From positions 1 through 43,507 of IMG/VR virus record IMGVR_UViG_3300037483_000513: DNA of 43,507 nucleotides, one strand, 5' to 3'. Position 1 is the stretch's first letter. Each line of letters opens with the position of its first letter. The notes below the pieces were generated by a model. The model searched no databases. It saw only the letters and a list, made by a program, of their open reading frames with translations, and was not told where the DNA came from. Of this stretch, positions 8,107-17,538 are shown in pieces. Made by a program: the position numbers and the translations under genes. The DNA is from a virus. Lineage: Duplodnaviria; Caudoviricetes.

Positions 8107-9034
8107 CGGGGGTCACCTCCGGCACGGCGTCTACCTGCTCGGCGATCCGCTGCTGGCAGGCGGGGCAGGGCCCGTTGGGTCGGCAGGCCCCGATTGTTTC
8201 CCGCACGTCGTGCCCGGGGTAGGTCATGGTCGGGCACCCGTCTGGGTGGCCACCGGGGGGCGCACCGCAGCGCACGCAGTCGATCTCGTCCTCTTCGTCA
8301 TCGTCCTCGACCGGCGCGGTGAAGCTGAGGACATCGTCCGGGGCGAAGTCGTCAACCGAGTCATCATCGATGCGGGCCCCGGTACGCCGGAGAGTTCCGA
8401 CCAGCTTGCGGGCGACGTAGACGACTTCGTCGGTGTCGCCCCTCACCTCAACGGTCTGGGCTGCGATGAGGAGGGCGTCGCGCCACACTTCGTAGTCGGA
8501 CGGCCCGCCCTCGCCGTGGGCGCGGGCCACCTCCATGCCCATCTTCTGGCCGCGCATGTAGGCGGCGTCCACCCGGACGTCAACGCTGTCGGTGCGGGCC
8601 AGTGCCGCAGCGTCTCGCGCCGCCTGCATGGCTTCCTTCCATCCGAGGTCGTACCCGGCACGGTGGCCGCGCATGATGTCGCGTTCCTCGGCCTCCACCG
8701 GTTTACCAGCGACGGCGATGGTCTTGCCCTCGATATCGACCCCGAAATGCGTGAGCAACCCACGGATTCCACCGACGGCACGGGATTCGATCTCATCTCG
8801 GGAGTCGACGAACAGGGCCTCGAGTTTGTCGAGACGGTCTGACAACCACTGCCCGTCGATCCCGTCCGCAATCGGGCCGGGGAAGTGCTCGGCGCCGGCC
8901 ACCAGAGCGGTGGCCAGGACCCGCCGGACGCGTGTGGAGGACGGCGGGTTGCTGTCACCCGGTAGGTACAGCTGGGCGCCGTAGGCTTGGAGGGCGAGGG
9001 CCATGGCGTCGATGGCTTCGTCGGTGGGGATCAT
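8099..9034 (-). CDS. Hypothetical protein with acidic tract and Cys-rich C-terminus
   Basis: GGAGG RBS; ATGA coupling. Confidence 0.6.
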   Translation of the reverse strand: MIPTDEAIDAMALALQAYGAQLYLPGDSNPPSSTRVRRVLATALVAGAEHFPGPIADGIDGQWLSDRLDKLEALFVDSRDEIESRAVGGIRGLLTHFGVDIEGKTIAVAGKPVEAEERDIMRGHRAGYDLGWKEAMQAARDAAALARTDSVDVRVDAAYMRGQKMGMEVARAHGEGGPSDYEVWRDALLIAAQTVEVRGDTDEVVYVARKLVGTLRRTGARIDDDSVDDFAPDDVLSFTAPVEDDDEEDEIDCVRCGAPPGGHPDGCPTMTYPGHDVRETIGACRPNGPCPACQQRIAEQVDAVPEVTPDV

Positions 9035-9288
9035 GCGGTTTCCTCCGTGACCTGGATGAGCAGCTTCCTGCCGGTGAGAGTGACGATCCGAGCGGAGGCC
9101 GGCGAGTCCCTGATCGGCTCGATTGCGGCGACACCGCCGGGTGATTCGCGCAGGGCCAGGCCGATGAGCCATCCGGCGGTGAACACCGCGAAATCGGTGG
9201 GCTCGGGTGCTATCAGTGGCGGTGGCGTGCGCTCGGCCGCTTGGTACTGCTCGTACAGGTCTCGGCTGCCACAGTCGTCGAGGCTCAT
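9031..9288 (-). CDS. Hypothetical protein
   Basis: ATGA-coupled ORF. Confidence 0.55.
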   Translation of the reverse strand: MSLDDCGSRDLYEQYQAAERTPPPLIAPEPTDFAVFTAGWLIGLALRESPGGVAAIEPIRDSPASARIVTLTGRKLLIQVTEETA

Positions 9289-9647
9289 CGGCCGCTCACC
9301 TCCGCAGGTTTGGAGGGCGTGAGATCGATCGGTGCCCAGATGGCCGCAATGGTCTTCGCCCGCTCGGTCAGCCACTCGCGAATGGCCGGCGCGTCATCCC
9401 GGGTGACCTCCACCGCGTACGACCAGGCCCGCGCTTTCCGCTGGCCCATGAAGAACAGCAGAAGCTCGTCTCCGCCGTGGCCCGAGGTCTGCCAGTCCCA
9501 GCGATAGAGCAGGTCCAGGTCGTGATCCGAGTCCTTCATGTTCTCCCAGAACTCAGCCCAGGACTCAGCGAGGAAGTGCTCACCGCGCTTGTAGAAGTTT
9601 CCTTCCATGGCGTAGTACGGGTGGTCGACGTCCCACAGCTCGGTCAC
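9285..9647 (-). CDS. Hypothetical phage protein (Trp/acidic-rich)
   Basis: AGGAGG RBS; LWDVDHPYY...LLYRWDW. Confidence 0.7.
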   Translation of the reverse strand: MTELWDVDHPYYAMEGNFYKRGEHFLAESWAEFWENMKDSDHDLDLLYRWDWQTSGHGGDELLLFFMGQRKARAWSYAVEVTRDDAPAIREWLTERAKTIAAIWAPIDLTPSKPAEVSGR

Positions 9648-10153
9648 GATTCCTCCTGGTCGGCGGTCCCGAGGACGGCGGCGAGCCCGTCGGCGATGGT
9701 CCGGAGTTCGTGGATGATCTCGGACTCGAGGAGCCTCCCGGACGTCGCGACGACCCGGCGGGCCTGCTCAGCCCAGTGCGCGAGACCAACACGGAGGCGG
9801 GCTGTTTCGATGGACATGAGGAGCCCGGCGCACTGCTTGAGGGTGTCCTCGTCGAGTTCGACCAGGCCTTCCTCGTCGAGGGTGCCCCGGGCGGTGCGGG
9901 CGAGGAACAGGGCTCGCTGGGCTTCGCGGATCGCGCCTTCCTGGTCCTGGTTGGGTACCTCGCAGGACGTGACTTTCATGCGTACCGTGGGTTTGCTGTC
10001 GGCGCCCGGCGCGGGCTGTACTCGCTCTACGTGAGTGAGTTCGATGATGGCCATGACCCGGACACCGGGGATGTTGTACATCCGGGCCACGTGCGGCTCC
10101 AGGGCTTGCATGGCTCCGGACGCTGGGTTGCCAATTATCTTGAGCGTGGTCAC
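9644..10153 (-). CDS. Hypothetical protein
   Basis: GTGA-coupled to the rusA-like gene. Confidence 0.65.
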   Translation of the reverse strand: MTTLKIIGNPASGAMQALEPHVARMYNIPGVRVMAIIELTHVERVQPAPGADSKPTVRMKVTSCEVPNQDQEGAIREAQRALFLARTARGTLDEEGLVELDEDTLKQCAGLLMSIETARLRVGLAHWAEQARRVVATSGRLLESEIIHELRTIADGLAAVLGTADQEES

Positions 10154-10536
10154 TTCTCGGTGCCTTCCTTGCCGGTGAGGTCGATGACGACCAGCCAGAG
10201 CCGGTTCGGCTCTTTCGTGGCCGGGTGCACAACGGGGTTCGTCGGGGTGTAGTGCTCCTTGTCGTCCTTGCATCCGGTCGCGTCCCGGACGCCATCGGCG
10301 CAGGCCTTGAGGGTGGGCGCGAGGTTGTCGAGGTCGCGCTCACGGTGGACGCGGGGGGCGATGTGCAGGACCACGGTCCAGCGGTCCATGCGCGGGATCC
10401 GTTCGCGGCGGGCCAGGACGTGAACGGCGTCGCGCCACACCTTGTTCAACCGGGCCTGCTTCCGGCGTCCATGCCGGTCATTGAGGCTCAGGGGGGTCAC
10501 GAACGGCAGCGGGAACGACCACTCGCGGGCGGTCAT
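10150..10536 (-). CDS. rusA: RusA-like Holliday junction resolvase
   Basis: PLSLNDR...RDLDNLAPTLKACADG...DD motif. Confidence 0.8.
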   Translation of the reverse strand: MTAREWSFPLPFVTPLSLNDRHGRRKQARLNKVWRDAVHVLARRERIPRMDRWTVVLHIAPRVHRERDLDNLAPTLKACADGVRDATGCKDDKEHYTPTNPVVHPATKEPNRLWLVVIDLTGKEGTEK

Positions 10537-10733
10537 GGTTTGATCGCCTTTCGTGCGGCCGGGCAGTAGTCCTTGCCCCCGACGCGCACCCATCCGGCAC
10601 TGCGGGCTTGCTCGCGGGCTTCGGCCAGATTGATCCCGTCGCCGACTCCGCCGGGGCAGGTCCCGGCATCGTCGGCCGGGTGATCCTTCTGGGGTAGGTC
10701 GCAGAGGATGCTGTAGATCTTCAGCGAGCTCAT
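10533..10733 (-). CDS. Small Zn-binding hypothetical protein
   Basis: ILCD...C...ARSAGW...DYCP. Confidence 0.6.
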   Translation of the reverse strand: MSSLKIYSILCDLPQKDHPADDAGTCPGGVGDGINLAEAREQARSAGWVRVGGKDYCPAARKAIKP

Positions 10734-11011
10734 GGTGACCACTCCCAGCGTTCGGTCCGGTGCGCCGCTTTCTGGTGGCCGGCGAATGCGAACAGCGCGT
10801 ACCCAACGGAAGCGAACGCGGCCAGGGCGAATAGGGCGGCGATCCACCATCGTCCGGCGGCGGCATGACGTGCGGTGGAGTCAGCGTTCAAAGCGATCAT
10901 GACCAGCCACCACCATGGTGCGTTCATCCACATCAGCCGTGGGACGAAGATGCCGATCCAGACGACACCGCAGCCAGCAACCTGCGCGAGGAACCACAGG
11001 GCGCCGATCAT
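10730..11011 (-). CDS. Small membrane protein
   Basis: 3 hydrophobic segments; ATGA coupling. Confidence 0.55.
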   Translation of the reverse strand: MIGALWFLAQVAGCGVVWIGIFVPRLMWMNAPWWWLVMIALNADSTARHAAAGRWWIAALFALAAFASVGYALFAFAGHQKAAHRTERWEWSP

Positions 11012-11709
11012 GAGCGCACCCCTAAGGCCTGCGCGGTCGGGCACGGGTAGCGGAGGGGGGTCTCGGCACTGCCGATGCAGGACTGGCAATCCTGGCCGTA
11101 GCCGTGGTTCTCGGTCGGCTTGTGGATGGCCAGGACGGCCAGCCGCATCTCTGCTAACTCGGTGTACGCCTCGGTGTAGTCGATTTCGGCGTCGACCACA
11201 TCGCCTTCAGCTGGCGCGGGTGTGGCGAGCAACCGTTCACGCTGGGCGTCTGCAGCGGCGAGCCACATCGCGTTGGCGGCGTCTCGCACCGACGTACCGG
11301 CTGGGACGAAGATGACCTCCATGGACATGCCGTTCGCGTGCCGCAGCGCCGCGAGCTCGCCGTCGTTCCCGAACACCACGACGTCCGAGTAGTCCGCGTA
11401 GTAGGCGATCCAGGCCCCGTTGGCGAACGGTCCGGCGTCGGTGCGGAACGGCACCCGGTGCACCGTGGCCCGCTCGGCGGCCATCAACGCGAACAAGTTG
11501 CCCAGCGTGCCGCCCGGCAATGATGCGATCAGCGCGCCGTGGATCAGCTCGGCCTGCCGCAGGTGGAACGCCCGAGCCTCACCGATGTACGAGTCTCTGC
11601 TGAAAGTAGGCATCGACTCAGTGATGTCGATGCACCGGCCCTGTACCTCATCCCCGGCGTGGATGGGTTCGGCCTTGCACACCGTGACCACCTGGTCTGC
11701 GCTAGCCAC
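11008..11709 (-). CDS. Hypothetical protein with C-terminal HxP...CxxC...YPCPT module
   Basis: Coupled ORF downstream of the recT-like gene. Confidence 0.6.
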   Translation of the reverse strand: MASADQVVTVCKAEPIHAGDEVQGRCIDITESMPTFSRDSYIGEARAFHLRQAELIHGALIASLPGGTLGNLFALMAAERATVHRVPFRTDAGPFANGAWIAYYADYSDVVVFGNDGELAALRHANGMSMEVIFVPAGTSVRDAANAMWLAAADAQRERLLATPAPAEGDVVDAEIDYTEAYTELAEMRLAVLAIHKPTENHGYGQDCQSCIGSAETPLRYPCPTAQALGVRS

Positions 11710-12901
11710 GGTCGCTGCCCTCGGTCGTCGCGATCTGCTCGGCGCCCTCGGCCGGGATCCCCCCGGCGGCCATGAACCGGATCTCCGCGCGCCACTTGCT
11801 CTCCTCGCGGCGGGTCAGCTCGTCGAGGCGGGCGTTCACGACGGTCGCCTCAGCGGCCGTCAGGCGCTTCGTCGACTCCACCGGCCGCTCGGCGATGAAC
11901 GACACCACGGCCAGCGCGGCGGCCTTGTCGTCCGCCGACCCAAGGTCCAGCTTGCGAAGCAGGGTGCCCAGGCGCTTCGACTGCGGCAGGGTGATCAGCT
12001 CACCGCTCTCGGTGCCCGGGTCCGGCTCGGGCTCGGCCGGTGGCTCCTGAGCGGGCGTGGCCGGCGGTTCTGCGGGTGCCACGGTCGCGGCGGAACTGGA
12101 GGCGATGAGTGCGGCCCGCGCTTTGATGTCCGAGGCGGTGACGGTGGTGACCGCCGGTGGCCGGTCGTCGTCCTGCGGGCGCTCGTCCTGCAGCTCCTCC
12201 CGGCTGACCATGCCCCGCAGAACGTCGGGAAACACCGTCTTGCACGCGATCGACGACGCGCGGGCGTAGAGCATCCCGGCGGGGTCGGTGTTGTACTTGT
12301 CGTTGCCGCCCGTCTTGTCTTTGCCGTAGTCGTTCTTTCCCGCGTTCGGGCCCTTGCCCTTCACGTACCCGGCGTTGATGGCCTGCTCGATCGTGAACTC
12401 GAACCTTTGCCAGGCGTTTTCGCCGAGCCTCGCGACCTCGACCACGCACCGCTCGGCGGTCCGCTCCACGACGCGGTGGCCGTGCCCGCGATCCTTGACC
12501 AACGCGACCATCTGCTCCGCGTACATGCTGTACCGGCCACCGATGACGAAGATCCCGTTTAGGCTGACCTCGGGCGACAGGCCGATCTGGATGCCATAGC
12601 GGGCAACGGATCCGGTGGTCTGCACCGCGATCGTCCGGCGCGCCTGGAACGACTCCTCGGACTCGCCAGGCAGCCTCAGTTTCGGGTTCTTCCCGGGAAT
12701 GTCCCAGACCTTCTTGTCCGGCGGCAGGGGCCAGAAGCTGTCAGGTACCGCCGGGGTGTCGACGAGGTAGTTAGCCGCCTTCATGGCCGCTTCCATCCCG
12801 GCGACCCATTCGAACAATGCCACGTTGACGGCCGGGATCGGGGTCAGTACCCCGGGGTCATGCTGCGCGAGCTGGCTCACGGTGGTCGTTTCGATGGTCA
12901 C
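11702..12901 (-). CDS. RecT-like single-strand annealing protein
   Basis: YGIQIGLSPEVSLNGIFVIGGR...ALVKDRGH...KYNTDPAGMLYARA...FPDVLRG; adjacent to the exonuclease. Confidence 0.75.
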   Translation of the reverse strand: MTIETTTVSQLAQHDPGVLTPIPAVNVALFEWVAGMEAAMKAANYLVDTPAVPDSFWPLPPDKKVWDIPGKNPKLRLPGESEESFQARRTIAVQTTGSVARYGIQIGLSPEVSLNGIFVIGGRYSMYAEQMVALVKDRGHGHRVVERTAERCVVEVARLGENAWQRFEFTIEQAINAGYVKGKGPNAGKNDYGKDKTGGNDKYNTDPAGMLYARASSIACKTVFPDVLRGMVSREELQDERPQDDDRPPAVTTVTASDIKARAALIASSSAATVAPAEPPATPAQEPPAEPEPDPGTESGELITLPQSKRLGTLLRKLDLGSADDKAAALAVVSFIAERPVESTKRLTAAEATVVNARLDELTRREESKWRAEIRFMAAGGIPAEGAEQIATTEGSDRG

Positions 12902-12915
12902 GGTGGTGAATCTCC

Positions 12916-13827
12916 TTAGTGCCTAAGGGCGTACGGGGGAATCTTGCCGGTCTGGATCTCTTCCGAATACCCGGGCCACACACCGGATTCGGTGCACGCG
13001 AGCCACAGGTCGAAGGCCTCACGGTTCCGTTCCCGACCCTCGATCAGGTCCTCGACGTCCAGGCGGAACAGGGTGATCAGGTGCGGCGGCTTGGTCCCGA
13101 CAAAGCAGAAGACGAAGTCGATGTCCTCGACGTCGTACCCGAGGGAGGCCACGGCATCCCGGTACCAGGGGTCCTGCATGTAGTACCCGTACTCGCCCAT
13201 CGACTTCAAAACTGATCGCAGGCTGGGTTTTTCGGTTGACTTCAGGTCGACGATCATCGGTGGGAGGCCGGGTGGGATCGACAGCCAGTCGATCATCGCC
13301 CGGCACGCCGCCCCGGTCCGCCCGTCGCTCCAGAAGATCGACCGTTCCGGCAGACCGGTCCCAGGGGCGAACAGCGGCCCGGCGGTCGGGTGGTCGCGGA
13401 CGGCCCGCGCCATGGCCTCGGCCTGGGCCAGCTCGGCCCGCTTCAGCGGGACGTGACCGGCTGCCCGGACGGCCTCAACCTCAGCCTTGACGGCGTTCGT
13501 GTCCCAGGCTGTTTTGCCGTCTTCTCGTTCGACGACCTTCAGCACCGAGCCGCGGCCGAGGACAAGTTTGTGGAACGCATGGCCCAGGTCGAAAGCGGCC
13601 TTCGGGGGCCGCCCGTGGTCCTTCTCGTACTTCACGATCGCGGGGGCCGTCGGGGGCAGCAACAGGCGCAGCGTGCTCGAGGATGCACTACCACCCGGGA
13701 CGGGATCGCCGTGGTACTCCTCGTCGCTGAGGTCGTACAGCCCAGGTCGGGTGATGACGACCCGTTCGGCCGGCGCTCCCTCCGCGACCTCGGCGGCGGG
13801 TAGTAGTTCGTCCTGGGTTGTGGTCAT
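12916..13827 (-). CDS. RecE/exonuclease VIII-like PD-(D/E)XK nuclease (DUF3799)
   Basis: YHGDP...SSSTLR...FDLGHAFH...ERSIFW...CRAMIDWL...IVDLKST...GYYMQ. Confidence 0.85.
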   Translation of the reverse strand: MTTTQDELLPAAEVAEGAPAERVVITRPGLYDLSDEEYHGDPVPGGSASSSTLRLLLPPTAPAIVKYEKDHGRPPKAAFDLGHAFHKLVLGRGSVLKVVEREDGKTAWDTNAVKAEVEAVRAAGHVPLKRAELAQAEAMARAVRDHPTAGPLFAPGTGLPERSIFWSDGRTGAACRAMIDWLSIPPGLPPMIVDLKSTEKPSLRSVLKSMGEYGYYMQDPWYRDAVASLGYDVEDIDFVFCFVGTKPPHLITLFRLDVEDLIEGRERNREAFDLWLACTESGVWPGYSEEIQTGKIPPYALRH

Positions 13828-14372
13828 CCGGCGTTCACTAGCCCGGACATCGCACGCGCAGTCTCCTCTATTGCTGCGGAGATGCGGGTGCGGGTTCCGG
13901 CCACGACCTCTTTGCATGTCGAGTCCGACGTGCCGAGGCGTCGGCCGATCTCTTTCCAGGGGACTCCGGCGGTCCGGTACACACCGATCATGTATCGGGT
14001 GTCTTCCGGGGGGACCAGGGCCGCTCGGGTCGGGCGGGGGACCGCCTGGTTTTCGGAGGCCCGCGGCATGCGTCGTTCGGTTTCGCGGCGCTGGCGGCTG
14101 GTGCGCCGCTTGTACGAGCTGCGTTCGTCTTCGCCCATCCCGCCCCACACGCCTTCGGGGATGTGGTTGTCCACGGCGAACCGGAGGCATTCGAGGCGGA
14201 CCGGGCACGAGAGGCAGATGCTGATGGCGGTCTCCATCTGCTGGACGGCGGGCCCGCTGGTCCCGATTGGCCACCACAGCTCGGGGTCGTACTGGAGGCA
14301 GTTCGCCTGGTTGCGCCAGTCGTCCACGGCGGCGTCCGGGGTGGCCGGTGCGTGCCGGTTGCTGCGGCTCAT
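13824..14372 (-). CDS. whiB: WhiB-family Fe-S transcription factor with extra C-terminal HTH
   Basis: WRNQANC...DPELWWP...ICLSCPVRLECL...GVWGG; C-terminal GVPWKEIGRRLGTSDSTCKEV. Confidence 0.9.
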   Translation of the reverse strand: MSRSNRHAPATPDAAVDDWRNQANCLQYDPELWWPIGTSGPAVQQMETAISICLSCPVRLECLRFAVDNHIPEGVWGGMGEDERSSYKRRTSRQRRETERRMPRASENQAVPRPTRAALVPPEDTRYMIGVYRTAGVPWKEIGRRLGTSDSTCKEVVAGTRTRISAAIEETARAMSGLVNAG

Positions 14373-15688
14373 CTGCTCGCCCCCAGGAGGGTGTCCAGGG
14401 ATGCCAGGGCGGCCGGTGGTGGCGCACCGATTTCCACGTTGGCTCTGGTGCCCCAGGTGGTGCGGTTGAGGGTGAGCAGGGACCAGACCCTGACCGGCAT
14501 GACCACCAGCAGGTTGAGGAGCCCGTACAGGGGTGCGGCGGCGAACCCGATCACGGCGTCGACCCACCACCGGTCACCGCGGTGCACCGCGAACGCGTGA
14601 ACGCTGCGGGCCCAGGCGCCGATGCAGATCCATTCCAGGTAGGACCCGAGCGACAGGGTGCCGGTGAGGATCGGGTCGACGACCAGGGCGACAAGGAGGC
14701 CGCTGCCGAACCCGGCAGTGGCGACCATCTCCAGCCCGGACAGCCACCACGCGCCCTGGCGTGGCGACAGATGCTGGAGGGCCCATAGGCTTTCGCGCCA
14801 GAACGAGCGACCCCACCGGGCTTGCTGGCGCAGGAAGTGACCGATCCGCTCGGGGACCACGGTCACCGCGACCGCGGTGCGGGCCAGAACGACCCGCCCG
14901 TGAGCCTGGTGGAGGTTCGTCAGGTGCCGGTCGTCGCCGGTGGTCTGCTTCTCGCCGAGGAACTCCTGCTCGAGGAATTCCTCGAGGTGCTGGTGGACGA
15001 CATGAGCGGACCAGAACGCGATCGCCCCGCTGACGCACAGGACCGACCCGAGGCGTGAATAGGCGGCCCGCTCACCCAGGAATGAGTTTACGTACCGAAG
15101 GTCGACCAGGCGGGTAAACAGGCTCTTCCGGTAGTTCGCGGCCAGCGCCACACCCGTGACGGCGACAACGTTTTCACCGGCGAAAGCCCGCACCCCCTGA
15201 CGCAACGCGTCGGGGTCGAGGATGACGTCGGAGTCGACACACAGGTACACGTCGACGTCCCGCATCGACCGGAATCCGGCGGCGAGGGCCTGGCGTTTCC
15301 CCCGGTTGGTGGGGGCGGTCAGCAGGGTGAAGGTTGCCGGCCAGCCCGACCAGGACTCGAGGACCGGGGTGCTGCTGGCGTCGTCGACGACGGTCACCCG
15401 GTACGGCCTCCGCGTTTGCGACCGGATCGACTCCAGGCACCGGCGGAGGGTTTCGGGGTCCTCGTTGTACACGGTGACGATGACCCCGACCCGCAGGTCG
15501 GGGGTCGCACCGTGCGTGGCAGGTGTGGGTAGCACCGACAGAAGGACTTTCGCGGCAAGGTAGGCCATCAGGGCGCCCCCGTAGAGCGCGATCGTCCCGG
15601 ACAGCCGCCAGGCGGCGAGAGCGGTGACAGCGGCGAACAGGGCCAGCGGGAGCCAGGTGGTCTGCTGGATTTTCACTCGGGGATTCAT
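14369..15688 (-). CDS. Processive GT2 glycosyltransferase, hyaluronan synthase/NodC-like
   Basis: VYNED, VVDDAS, NRGKRQAL, VDSD, CVSG, GDDRHLTN, QQARW motifs; N- and C-terminal TM helices; GGAGAGG RBS. Confidence 0.9.
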   Translation of the reverse strand: MNPRVKIQQTTWLPLALFAAVTALAAWRLSGTIALYGGALMAYLAAKVLLSVLPTPATHGATPDLRVGVIVTVYNEDPETLRRCLESIRSQTRRPYRVTVVDDASSTPVLESWSGWPATFTLLTAPTNRGKRQALAAGFRSMRDVDVYLCVDSDVILDPDALRQGVRAFAGENVVAVTGVALAANYRKSLFTRLVDLRYVNSFLGERAAYSRLGSVLCVSGAIAFWSAHVVHQHLEEFLEQEFLGEKQTTGDDRHLTNLHQAHGRVVLARTAVAVTVVPERIGHFLRQQARWGRSFWRESLWALQHLSPRQGAWWLSGLEMVATAGFGSGLLVALVVDPILTGTLSLGSYLEWICIGAWARSVHAFAVHRGDRWWVDAVIGFAAAPLYGLLNLLVVMPVRVWSLLTLNRTTWGTRANVEIGAPPPAALASLDTLLGASR

Positions 15689-16011
15689 GACCTCTCCGGC
15701 GGGCGGGGTTTGGGGTGCTCGGGCAGTGGTGGCCGTGCCGCCTGCTGTTCCTGCTGCGTCATCCGTCCGGCGTCCGCCGCCCATTGCGCGGCCGTGGCGT
15801 CGCGGTTCGCCTGGTCGATGACGGCCTGCTCGACCCCGGGCCCGGCGGCGGCCAGGGTCGCGTGGATTAGGGCGGCGGCCAGGTATAGGGCGGCGTCCGT
15901 GCGGCCGGCCTCCCGCAGCGCCGGGAAGTTGTCGGCCGCGCACCGGGCGATCTCCTCGACCGCCCGCTCGGTCAGGCGCTCCGCCTCCATGTAGTGACCC
16001 GCCCGGTTCAT
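15685..16011 (-). CDS. Hypothetical protein
   Basis: HYMEAERL...AALIHATLA; ATGA coupling. Confidence 0.65.
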   Translation of the reverse strand: MNRAGHYMEAERLTERAVEEIARCAADNFPALREAGRTDAALYLAAALIHATLAAAGPGVEQAVIDQANRDATAAQWAADAGRMTQQEQQAARPPLPEHPKPRPPERS

Positions 16012-16271
16012 GCGCTCACCCAGACGCTGGCGGGGTCGAGTGACACCGAGCGGCCCGGCCCCATGTCGAGGGTGAGTGACCCGGTGGGGGTGGCGCTGAT
16101 CACCCGGGCGTGGGTGATCACCCGGGGTGGGGTGGGGTCGTGGATGGCATCCGGGGTTAGTGGCCCGGGTGGAAGCTCGCGGTCGCCGAGGCCGAAAACC
16201 TCACGGACGTGTGAGTTCTCCGGTTCCCAGGCGATCAGGGTGTCGAGGATCGGGTGCGGGCCGAGGGCCAT
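16008..16271 (-). CDS. Hypothetical protein
   Basis: AAGGAG RBS before ATG at 16271. Confidence 0.55.
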   Translation of the reverse strand: MALGPHPILDTLIAWEPENSHVREVFGLGDRELPPGPLTPDAIHDPTPPRVITHARVISATPTGSLTLDMGPGRSVSLDPASVWVSA

Positions 16272-16424
16272 CAGTCGTGCTCCTTCGGAGTCAGGAGATG
16301 GGATCTGGGAGGATGGGCGATCGTGCGGCCGGTGATTCGGAGTCCCGGCCGCACGCCAGGTGGAGGGCGGGCGGCGCCGAGGCACGCGAGCCGAGTCGGT
16401 TCGCCGCCCGCCAGTCGGGGGGTG

Positions 16425-17015
16425 TCACCCGGTGGTCTTCCGGGCGCGCTGCTCAGCGATGACCGCGCGGGCGACCGCGCCACACGTGGCGTCGTCGGCG
16501 TCGCGCGACCAGGATTCGATGGCCGCGACAGCGACGACGGCCGCATGGTCGCCGGGGCTGCCAGCGGGAGCGAGGTCGCGATAGATCCGCACCGCTGACG
16601 CAACCCGCTCGGCGGCCTTGTCGCGTTTCGTAGCGGGCTCAGACGTGACACCTGCCCGGTTGTTTGGCGGGCGTAGCTCGGCGATCAGTTCAGACTCGCG
16701 GGCCAGTGCGGCTTCGCGGTTCGGTAGGTGCTCGATGCGGATGGTGGAGACCAGTTGCCACCATCCGGAGTTCGCGCGGTGGGAGCTGGTGCGGTTGGCG
16801 AGGGTCAGCGAGATGCCGACGTAGAGCACGGCATCGTCCGCGTCGAGGTGGATGTAGACGTCGTGCGGGCGCTGGTCTCGCTTGGTGATGCCATGCCGTA
16901 CTGGCCTGGCGATCCCGGGTGGGCCGAGACTTCTGGCGATGATCGCTTCGTACTTGGCGAGCTTGGCCAGGCCCTCGGCGGTCGGCACCACTTTCGGCCT
17001 GCGAGGTGTGCTCAT
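16425..17015 (-). CDS. GIY-YIG nuclease family protein
   Basis: DVYIHLD...LYVGIS...R..SH...WW...ALARESELIAELRPPNN. Confidence 0.8.
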   Translation of the reverse strand: MSTPRRPKVVPTAEGLAKLAKYEAIIARSLGPPGIARPVRHGITKRDQRPHDVYIHLDADDAVLYVGISLTLANRTSSHRANSGWWQLVSTIRIEHLPNREAALARESELIAELRPPNNRAGVTSEPATKRDKAAERVASAVRIYRDLAPAGSPGDHAAVVAVAAIESWSRDADDATCGAVARAVIAEQRARKTTG

Positions 17016-17323
17016 TGCTGACCTCCGGTGAGATGGTCGATCAGCGCCGCGAACCCGGGTTTCAGTGCGCGCCACATCTTTTCGCGCCGGTCGGCGATCA
17101 GTGCGGCGGGGGTTCCGGGTTCGGCGAGGCACGCGTATTCACTGCGGGCCCGGTCGCGATCGGCGAGCGCGTCGGCCAGGACCATGGCGAGCAGCCGGGC
17201 GGAGTCCGCTGGACTGAGCTGCGCTGGGTCGGGGGTGACGGCTGGACGAAACCAGTCGCTCGCTTCGGCGACCGGCTCGGGGTCACCGTCCCAGGTCCGG
17301 GGTGTCGCGTCCCAGGCCCTCAC
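17012..17323 (-). CDS. Hypothetical protein
   Basis: GTGA-coupled ORF. Confidence 0.5.
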   Translation of the reverse strand: MRAWDATPRTWDGDPEPVAEASDWFRPAVTPDPAQLSPADSARLLAMVLADALADRDRARSEYACLAEPGTPAALIADRREKMWRALKPGFAALIDHLTGGQQ

Positions 17324-17538
17324 CAGGCACCTACGGTGACCGCGACGAGGGCGATCAGGCCGATCAGCCCGATGACCAGGAACACGCCGATCAGGAGGAC
17401 ACAGGCGGTGATCTGCCGGATCTCCGTCCACGTGAGAATCGGTGCCTGCACGAATTTTTGGGGGTAGGCCCCGTTGTAGACGCGTGCGGGTTGCTCGTGG
17501 ATGAGGCGAGGTCCGCGGCGTGCGTGACGGGCCCTCAC
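17320..17538 (-). CDS. Small membrane protein
   Basis: C-terminal TM helix; GTGA coupling. Confidence 0.55.
   Translation of the reverse strand: MRARHARRGPRLIHEQPARVYNGAYPQKFVQAPILTWTEIRQITACVLLIGVFLVIGLIGLIALVAVTVGAW

Noticed and set aside
15689-15943. N-terminal extension of the GT2 to 524 aa
   Set aside because: Overlaps the upstream gene out of frame; the ATG at 15688 has an RBS and an ATGA overlap
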